Origin: an uncultured Candidatus Saccharibacteria bacterium
GTDB taxonomy: Bacteria > Patescibacteriota > Minisyncoccia > Phycocordibacterales > PALSA-1337
Direction: 5' to 3'
Assembly (NCBI GenBank): GCA_964495685.1
Contig: CAZBVQ010000003.1
Coordinates: forward strand, 4,824 to 68,823
DNA length: 64,000 bases
Part shown: positions 57,025-64,000 of the stretch, piece after piece
Numbering within the stretch: position 1 is the stretch's first letter
How the letters are laid out: the number at the start of each line of letters is the position of its first letter
The notes under the pieces: generated by a model
Told to the model about the DNA's origin: nothing
Databases searched by the model: none
Seen by the model: the letters and a program-made list of their open reading frames with translations, nothing else
Made by a program: the position numbers and the translations under genes

Positions 57025-58854
57025 ATGAAAAAGATTCTTATTGCTTCAGGCGTAGCCGTTGTGGCTTTCGCTTCGATTGCAGCAGCTCAGACTTTCTCAA
57101 CCAACCTCACGGTCGGTTCGACTGGTTCTGATGTTGTTGCTCTCCAGACATGGCTCGTTGCTAATGGCTTCGATATTCCGGCTATCAGTGCTGGTACAGC
57201 CAAGGGTTACTTTGGTTCACAGACTCAGGCCGCCGTCAAGAAGTACCAGACCTCAAAGGGTCTTCCTTCTACCGGTTTCGTAGGTCCTCTTACTCGCGGT
57301 GCATTGAATGGTACAGCTTCAGTTGCCTCGGCTCCGGCTTCAGCCGTCTGTCCGGCAGGGTTTACATGCGTACCAGTCGCTGGTGCCCCAGTTACCACTG
57401 CAACTCCTGGTTCTATCACAACCACAGGTGTCGCTGGCACACTCGCTGTCTCCCTCCAGGGTTCACCGTCAGGTGCTTCTCTCGACAAGGGTGAGACAGA
57501 AGATGTTGTCCGCTATAAGCTCCAGGCCGCTGCTTCAGACGAGCAGGTCACGAGTGTGTCTCTTGACTTCGATACTCGCCTCTGGCTCATGGCTGGCTCA
57601 GTCACCATCAAGGATGACTCAGGTGCTGTTGTAGCTCAGAAGACTGGCCTTTCAGCAAGTGATTTCACTGAACTCACCGTTGGAACAAGCTATCGCTTGT
57701 ACGTTCCAGTCAACTACGTTATTCCTCGCGCACAGAGCCGCTACTTTACTGTTAGTGTAACTATGCTCCCGATCTCAGATCGCAGCGCAGCTACAGTAAC
57801 TATCAGTCAGTTCCAGGTTCGTGCTGTTGATGGTACGGGAGTGTCAGACACACAGACTTGTAATTCAAGCTCTTGTGGTTCAACCCGCACCTTCAGCTAC
57901 ACTGGTAGCAACACTGGCTCAATCATCTCGACCTTGAATGCAAATTCACCTCTCAAGAGATTGGTTCAGATCTCGAACTCAACCAAGACCGAAGGTGTCG
58001 TCCTTGCCAAGTACGATCTTAAGTCACAGAACAGAGACGCAACTCTCCGTACCCTCAAGGTCTACGTCAAGACCGATGGTACGAGCGTCAACACTCTCTT
58101 CAGTCGCTTCCAGATCCAGGCAGGAAGTCAGACTTATACTGCTAGCGAGACCAATGTCAGCTCACCGAACACCACAGCTTCTTCAACAGTCACCTTCACT
58201 GACCTCATGATCCCGTTGCAGAAGGATGTGTATACAACGGTTACTGTTCTTGCTGATGTCGCACAGCCGTCTTCAAACGGTGCCCTTGATGGTAAGATGG
58301 CCTCAACTACGATTGTTGCAAATACTGGCAACGTCGCAGCTGAAGATTCAACCTTCAACACAGTCACTGTGAACTCAGTTAGTTTGACTGGTAGCGATGC
58401 AATCTTCTCAGCTAGCGGTGCTATCTTGAGCAACATGACAACCACTCTTGGCTCACCAGTCTTGAGTAACAACGTCACTGTTTCGCAGCCGGTATCCTTC
58501 ACATATACCTTGCAAGCAGGTGACAACACCTTGTACGTTGCCGCTGCCCCGACCACTGCTCTCTCAACGACCAGTACTGGTTATGGTTCAGCCGCAAACG
58601 CTTCAAGTACGCTCACTTCGGTCACTGCGACCCCGAGCGAAGTTTCAGGTGATGCTAGTACCTACTTCGTCGTCCCAGCAGGAGGTTCTCGTACCTTCCG
58701 ATGGAGTGGTCAGGTTCTTAACGATGCTCCTCGCGGAGTTGTCTTGAGAACTTTCTACGTCACAGCTGTCAAGTATGACACTGACACCACCAACCTGAAC
58801 GACAACTCGATCAACTATAACCTCGGCGCCCTCAAGGCTGAGCCAGTTATCTAG
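57025..58854 (+). CDS. S-layer-like surface protein with N-terminal peptidoglycan-binding domain (paralogue 1)
   Basis: signal peptide, L.VGS.G.DV.ALQ..L...GYFG..T.AAV..YQ...G.VGPLTR, Thr/Ser-rich body. Confidence 0.85.
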   Translation: MKKILIASGVAVVAFASIAAAQTFSTNLTVGSTGSDVVALQTWLVANGFDIPAISAGTAKGYFGSQTQAAVKKYQTSKGLPSTGFVGPLTRGALNGTASVASAPASAVCPAGFTCVPVAGAPVTTATPGSITTTGVAGTLAVSLQGSPSGASLDKGETEDVVRYKLQAAASDEQVTSVSLDFDTRLWLMAGSVTIKDDSGAVVAQKTGLSASDFTELTVGTSYRLYVPVNYVIPRAQSRYFTVSVTMLPISDRSAATVTISQFQVRAVDGTGVSDTQTCNSSSCGSTRTFSYTGSNTGSIISTLNANSPLKRLVQISNSTKTEGVVLAKYDLKSQNRDATLRTLKVYVKTDGTSVNTLFSRFQIQAGSQTYTASETNVSSPNTTASSTVTFTDLMIPLQKDVYTTVTVLADVAQPSSNGALDGKMASTTIVANTGNVAAEDSTFNTVTVNSVSLTGSDAIFSASGAILSNMTTTLGSPVLSNNVTVSQPVSFTYTLQAGDNTLYVAAAPTTALSTTSTGYGSAANASSTLTSVTATPSEVSGDASTYFVVPAGGSRTFRWSGQVLNDAPRGVVLRTFYVTAVKYDTDTTNLNDNSINYNLGALKAEPVI

Positions 58855-58908
58855 TCCATCGTACGAGTAGGTTGCAAGGATTTCGGGAGAAATTTCCGTA
58901 ATCTGAAC

Positions 58909-58940
58909 ACACAAAAACCGCCTTCGGGCGGTTTTTGTGT
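58909..58940. terminator. intrinsic terminator
   Basis: ACACAAAAACCGCC-TTCG-GGCGGTTTTTGTGT. Confidence 0.85.
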
Positions 58941-58972
58941 TGTCTGACAATTTCGTGATATGATATCTCATC

Positions 58973-59500
58973 ATGAAAAATATTCACCTTTCTGTGTCTA
59001 AAATAATAGCCCTTGTATTTGTTATTGTGTGCATTGTGCTTATTGGGTGGGGAATACGATCTCATAGTAGTCGTAGTATAGTCACTTATATTGATCCCGG
59101 CGCTGGCATCTCGATTAGCCATCCATACTATCTGAAGCTAACTCCTGTCCCTACTGAAGAAAAGGCAATGCTATTCTATTTGGATGCACCAGGTAGTCAT
59201 GCTGCATTTGTCGGATTTATGAAAGACCATGACTATGTGGAACGTGACCGTCGTTTCTATGACGGAGTCTTATTCAAAGAACCCAATCAGACTGTTAATT
59301 CAAGGGTATCTTTTGGAGATTATACGGGCTATAAGGCTGTCGTGGATGTGAATGTGTACCGTTATACACTGTATAGAAATATCAATGCGTCCTCATCTCT
59401 CATTATCCGTTCAGAAATATCAGCATCATCGAGTCCTCAGATGGCCACTCTCGAAAAAGAGTTTATGTCGATGGTATCCAGTATTGGTGTGGACAAATAA
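58973..59500 (+). CDS. hypothetical membrane-anchored protein
   Basis: N-terminal TM, 175 aa. Confidence 0.65.
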   Translation: MKNIHLSVSKIIALVFVIVCIVLIGWGIRSHSSRSIVTYIDPGAGISISHPYYLKLTPVPTEEKAMLFYLDAPGSHAAFVGFMKDHDYVERDRRFYDGVLFKEPNQTVNSRVSFGDYTGYKAVVDVNVYRYTLYRNINASSSLIIRSEISASSSPQMATLEKEFMSMVSSIGVDK

Positions 59501-59602
59501 TCATCGGGCTTCCATCCGGATCGTGATATACTCTATATAGGTGTGGGCATCGTTTTTATCGAGCTACTTTTTTATCGGAATCGTAATTAATTATATAGAA
59601 TT

Positions 59603-61444
59603 ATGTCACGAATATTTACTAAAATGACCATTAGTTTGGTCGCTGTATGCGCCTTGGCATCGATAGCTTCGGCCCAAAGCTTCACGATCGATCTTGGAGT
59701 TGGTGCAACTGGCACAGAAGTCGTCGCACTTCAGACGGCACTCATTGCTCAAGGATATGACATTCCCGCCATATCTTCTGGCGTGGTATCCAAAGGCACC
59801 TTCGGTAGTCAGACGAGAAATGCCGTCAAGAAGTACCAGACCTCAAAGGGTCTTCCTTCTACCGGTTTCGTAGGTCCTCTTACTCGCGGTGCATTGAATG
59901 GTACAGCTTCAGTTGCCTCGGCTCCGGCTTCAGCCGTCTGTCCGGCAGGGTTTACATGCGTACCAGTCGCTGGTGCCCCAGTTACCACTGCAACTCCTGG
60001 TTCTATCACAACCACAGGTGTCGCTGGCACACTCGCTGTCTCCCTCCAGGGTTCACCGTCAGGTGCTTCTCTCGACAAGGGTGAGACAGAAGATGTTGTC
60101 CGCTATAAGCTCCAGGCCGCTGCTTCAGACGAGCAGGTCACGAGTGTGTCTCTTGACTTCGATACTCGCCTCTGGCTCATGGCTGGCTCAGTCACCATCA
60201 AGGATGACTCAGGTGCTGTTGTAGCTCAGAAGACTGGCCTTTCAGCAAGTGATTTCACTGAACTCACCGTTGGAACAAGCTATCGCTTGTACGTTCCAGT
60301 CAACTACGTTATTCCTCGCGCACAGAGCCGCTACTTTACTGTTAGTGTAACTATGCTCCCGATCTCAGATCGCAGCGCAGCTACAGTAACTATCAGTCAG
60401 TTCCAGGTACGTGCTGTTGATGGTACGGGAGTGTCCAGTACGCAGACGGAGACCGCAGACCGCACGTTTAGTTACACAGGAGGCAACTCGAGTCAGATCG
60501 TGATTACTTTGAACGATCAAGCTCCACCTAATATGTTGGTGCCCATTTCTGGTTCGAGCGATACGGAGAATGTCGTCCTCGGCGTGGCCAATATACGATC
60601 CCAGAATAAGGATGGCGTGATGCGTAAAGTATCGATGTATGTATCGACGAACGGTCTTGCACCCTCTTCAATATTCAATGATATCAAGATCGTGTCAGGA
60701 AACTTGGCCTATTCAGCCGATTCGATTGCCAATGGTAATGCGTATGAATTGACAGTCTTCAGTAACATGGCAATTCCTTTGCCCAAGGATACAAATGTTC
60801 CGGTAGCGATCGTCGCTCGAGTCAAGCCCAATACCAATAACGCTATTAATGGCGCTGCTGCATCCACGACCATAGTTGCATCGGGTACTGCTGGTGGTAC
60901 GAGTAATAATCCAGTTGTCGAGGATGCGTCTGCCAATACGATTGACATTAATGATGCGAACATTGCTACAAGTGACATAACGTTCTCCGAAAGTGATGCC
61001 AACCTGTTCAAAGTCGCTCCTCGAGTCACTTTGGGTGCTCCTATTATCAATAGTAATACTACCGTAGCTCAGCCGGTTACTTTCGAATATACGTTGACTG
61101 CGGGTGCTAATACTCTGTACGTAAGTGCGGTTCCAGCAAGTGCTCTCGCCACTACGAGTACTGGATATGGCTCAGCCGCTAACGCTTCGAGCACGATTAC
61201 ATCAGTAACCGCGACCCCGAGTGATATGTCGGGAGATAGCTCGGGTTCCTACTTCGTTATCCCTGCTGGTGGATCTCGTTCATTTAAATGGACTGGTGTG
61301 ATGAGGTATGACCCGCCACGAGGATCTGTTTTGAGAACGCTCAAGATCACTGGTATCAGATACGGCACTTCGAGTAGTAATTTAACCGCCGAGACAGTAG
61401 TCTATTATGATTATGATTCGCTCAAAGCGGAGACGGTGTTGTAG
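59603..61444 (+). CDS. S-layer-like surface protein (paralogue 2)
   Basis: same architecture as paralogue 1; shares a near-identical 614-bp block with it. Confidence 0.85.
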   Translation: MSRIFTKMTISLVAVCALASIASAQSFTIDLGVGATGTEVVALQTALIAQGYDIPAISSGVVSKGTFGSQTRNAVKKYQTSKGLPSTGFVGPLTRGALNGTASVASAPASAVCPAGFTCVPVAGAPVTTATPGSITTTGVAGTLAVSLQGSPSGASLDKGETEDVVRYKLQAAASDEQVTSVSLDFDTRLWLMAGSVTIKDDSGAVVAQKTGLSASDFTELTVGTSYRLYVPVNYVIPRAQSRYFTVSVTMLPISDRSAATVTISQFQVRAVDGTGVSSTQTETADRTFSYTGGNSSQIVITLNDQAPPNMLVPISGSSDTENVVLGVANIRSQNKDGVMRKVSMYVSTNGLAPSSIFNDIKIVSGNLAYSADSIANGNAYELTVFSNMAIPLPKDTNVPVAIVARVKPNTNNAINGAAASTTIVASGTAGGTSNNPVVEDASANTIDINDANIATSDITFSESDANLFKVAPRVTLGAPIINSNTTVAQPVTFEYTLTAGANTLYVSAVPASALATTSTGYGSAANASSTITSVTATPSDMSGDSSGSYFVIPAGGSRSFKWTGVMRYDPPRGSVLRTLKITGIRYGTSSSNLTAETVVYYDYDSLKAETVL

Positions 61445-61458
61445 GTAAGAATTGAGTA

Positions 61459-61488
61459 CAAAAACCACCCCTCTCGGGGTGGTTTTTG
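61459..61488. terminator. intrinsic terminator
   Basis: CAAAAACCACCCC-TCTC-GGGGTGGTTTTTG. Confidence 0.85.
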
Positions 61489-61521
61489 GTATGTGCGTAT
61501 AGTGCGCTATACTATGTGTGC

Positions 61522-61635
61522 ATGATCAATCCATTCGACCGAAGTTTCTTCAAGTTCCTCATCGGATTCATGGTGATCCTCCTCCTTAGTTTCGGGGTCC
61601 TCTTCCTCGTAGGTCGCTACGGCTCATTCCTGTAA
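61522..61635 (+). CDS. 37-aa single-TM microprotein
   Basis: MINPFDRSFFKFLIGFMVILLLSFGVLFLVGRYGSFL*; TATACT 8 nt upstream. Confidence 0.55.
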   Translation: MINPFDRSFFKFLIGFMVILLLSFGVLFLVGRYGSFL

Positions 61636-61766
61636 TAGGTGGGGTGTCTGACTATACCAGACCACACGAAACAATCTTCAGCGAATGTTCATCGATTCTT
61701 CATTATTTCTTCATCCTTCCTTGCTACGATCTGTGCATTATTGGGTTCGTAACCTCATACATGCAC

Positions 61767-64000
61767 ATGAAAGATTTCATTCATATACTTATGGCTGGTA
61801 TTACCACCGGCATGATCGCGTTCCTCGGATTCTTGCCGAGTGTACACGCGGAGACGATTATCAATGACGGGTTCCTGCAGGGAGATACGGTGTGGGATGT
61901 TGCTCATAGCCCCTACGTCTTGAATGATGTGGTGACTGTTCCCGCGGGCATTACGCTCACCATCGAGCCTGGTGTCCGAGTCGTGGCTGACCCAGCGTCG
62001 CCCTACGATCCTTACCTGTATGTGAATGGTACGCTTGATGTGGCTGGATCACCGAGTGCCCACGTCAGTATCGGCTCCTTGTTCGGTATCACGGTCGATC
62101 ATGGATATGCCACGCTGTCATACACTGATACCTCGATGAAAGGCACGCTATCATTCATCGGTGCCACGGGCTCTATCGCATCATCGACGATAGATCATGA
62201 TGCTGCGGATACCTCTGATGGCGTATACATTCAAGACAGTTCAGTCCGTATATCTGGCAGTCGCATCGCTCATCACGTGAACGGGGTGGTTGTTCAGGGT
62301 GGCGGAGGAGTATTCCAGGCCATCGGACAGACTCATCTCGCATGGAATAATGACGGCGGTGATGCCGATATAGTGAGTGGACTTATTGCACAGACTCCAG
62401 TCGTATCTATGTCAGTGCAGATTACTGATTCATCGTTGGTCGACAACGTACACACAGCTATTACCAATTATTCCTCGGCTACGGTCGATGCGGACCACAA
62501 TTGGTGGGGGAGTCAGTCGGGACCAAGTGATGCAGAGGCGGCGGCTTCTAATGGCGTTAAAGGATACATATCGTATACACCATGGCTTGATCATGATCCG
62601 ACGGTGCCACAGGTGGCGTCATTGTGTTGTTCGAGCATCTTATTCATTCCTGGACTCGAGGCCAGTCGACTCTATAGGTCCGAGGTCGGTATGTTCGGCA
62701 TAGGGAGTACCACCAATAGACTTTGGGAGCCCAATCGTAATGATGATGTTCGTAAACTCTTCCTCAATACCAATGGTTCGAGTACAGACGCGTCTATTTA
62801 CGTGGGTGGTCCGATCGGTCGTGCGCTCGGGGTCGTCAGTATTTACGGCTCGTTTATGGATATGCTTGATACATTAGTCACCCAAGGGACCATGAATGAG
62901 TGGCGACCGTTCGGTTACGATTGGCGTGCCGCGATCGGCGATGTGGTGACTGGACCGACGAGGCGGGCTACGACGACCGAGCAGCTCATAGACACGGTTA
63001 TCTCCATGGCCGATCATTCCAAGACAGGCAAAGTCACCATTGTGGCCCACAGCAATGGTGGTCTGGTCGCCAAATACCTCGTGAAGACACTTGTCGACAT
63101 GGGTAAGGTAGACATAATCGATTCGGTCATATCGGTGGCAGTGCCGTACCTGGGTACGCCGCAGGCAATTCTAGGGCTTCTTCATGGAGACAATCAGTCT
63201 ATCTTGGGAGGTCTTATTTTGAAACAGAGTGTCGCCAAAGAATGGGGGGTCAACATGCCCAGTGCGTATTCGCTACTGCCATCAGCTACGTATTTCGCAC
63301 GCGCGCTCGGGCCTACGATTGCGTACGCGAGTACCACGGGTGGTGAGGGTATCGATACATCGACAGAGCAGAATTCGTTCATATCTTCTCGCGCCAATGG
63401 TTGGCTCATGACGACGGCCGAAGCGCTCCATGCGATTCTTGACCCATTCGTATGGCCTTCGACTATTGTACGGTGGGCTATTGTCGGGTGGGGGAACCGT
63501 ACGGCCAAAGGGATCGTATATTCTGCCGACGGATACCGTGCTACGACGACTCCGATGGGTGATAGTACTGTGGTCGTGCCGAGTGCTGTGTATGATGCAG
63601 GCACAGTTGCGGCTATCAATTTGCCACAAGAATCAGTGACTGAAGGGAGGGTATATGATCATGCCAATATCCTCGAGTCATCCGCCACGCAATCTGCCAT
63701 TCGAGATATGGTGACAGGCGCTGATACTGACCAGTCGGTACGTACGTTGAGTATTACGGATAAATTGCGACAGATACCCAATCTGACCATTGGCGAACCT
63801 GATTATGAACATGAGAAGACATTCTTGGTGGTGAGCACGCATTCACCCGTCGAACTCCATCTTAGTGACATGAATGGCCGTCACACTGGATTCGCACCTA
63901 TTCCTGCAAGTACCGACGAGGAACTTGAGGATGGATTGTGGAAATATGCTGAGCACGATATTCCTGGAAGTAGTTTCGAGACACACGGCGATGAAGAACA
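61767..64000 (+). CDS. secreted beta-helix plus LCAT/lipase-like alpha/beta hydrolase (runs off the window end)
   Basis: hand-translated in part: signal peptide, SPYV...TLTIEPG, then FIPGLEASRL, GYDWR, VAHSNGGL, PYLGTP; missing from the ORF track, presumably because no stop occurs in the window. Confidence 0.85.
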   Translation, partial: MKDFIHILMAGITTGMIAFLGFLPSVHAETIINDGFLQGDTVWDVAHSPYVLNDVVTVPAGITLTIEPGVRVVADPASPYDPYLYVNGTLDVAGSPSAHVSIGSLFGITVDHGYATLSYTDTSMKGTLSFIGATGSIASSTIDHDAADTSDGVYIQDSSVRISGSRIAHHVNGVVVQGGGGVFQAIGQTHLAWNNDGGDADIVSGLIAQTPVVSMSVQITDSSLVDNVHTAITNYSSATVDADHNWWGSQSGPSDAEAAASNGVKGYISYTPWLDHDPTVPQVASLCCSSILFIPGLEASRLYRSEVGMFGIGSTTNRLWEPNRNDDVRKLFLNTNGSSTDASIYVGGPIGRALGVVSIYGSFMDMLDTLVTQGTMNEWRPFGYDWRAAIGDVVTGPTRRATTTEQLIDTVISMADHSKTGKVTIVAHSNGGLVAKYLVKTLVDMGKVDIIDSVISVAVPYLGTPQAILGLLHGDNQSILGGLILKQSVAKEWGVNMPSAYSLLPSATYFARALGPTIAYASTTGGEGIDTSTEQNSFISSRANGWLMTTAEALHAILDPFVWPSTIVRWAIVGWGNRTAKGIVYSADGYRATTTPMGDSTVVVPSAVYDAGTVAAINLPQESVTEGRVYDHANILESSATQSAIRDMVTGADTDQSVRTLSITDKLRQIPNLTIGEPDYEHEKTFLVVSTHSPVELHLSDMNGRHTGFAPIPASTDEELEDGLWKYAEHDIPGSSFETHGDEE

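Noticed and set aside
57232-60435. Diversity-generating retroelement TR/VR pair
   Set aside because: The tract is 614 bp with one mismatch, lies mid-gene in both copies, and no reverse transcriptase is present.

Overview
The window looks like the chromosome of a reduced-genome Patescibacteria (CPR, Parcubacteria-like) bacterium using the standard genetic code; the taxonomic call is an inference from gene content. The core genes are rplS, rplK, rpsF-ssb-rpsR, efp, secE-nusG, argS, ileS, an alpha2-type GlyRS, metG, queA, rlmH, folD, a folA-dcd-thyA / deaminase-dut-tmk-glyA thymidylate cluster, recA, ftsK, two paralogous S-layer-like genes and four tRNAs. The main accessory feature is an AT-rich element of about 13 kb (2971-15888) integrated at the CCA end of tRNA-His. 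It carries a large serine recombinase, an HTH replication-type gene with internal iteron-like repeats, a CsoR-regulated copper operon and defence-like genes. The recombinase gene is cut by its own 7-bp att core (CACCCCA). Two alternative in-frame C-terminal tails of about 30 aa sit at two tandem att-like sites at the far end and bracket a one-gene cassette, suggesting a state-dependent integrase with cassette accretion. Other signals: a tRNA-mimic structure downstream of tRNA-Val, long palindromes placed directly after stop codons or in-frame inside a gene, a repeated 17-19 bp palindrome, a 614-bp near-identical tract shared by the S-layer paralogues, a helically phased GACA array upstream of a wHTH gene, and widespread leaderless-type promoters. 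Family assignments come from motif recognition by eye; no database searches were run.
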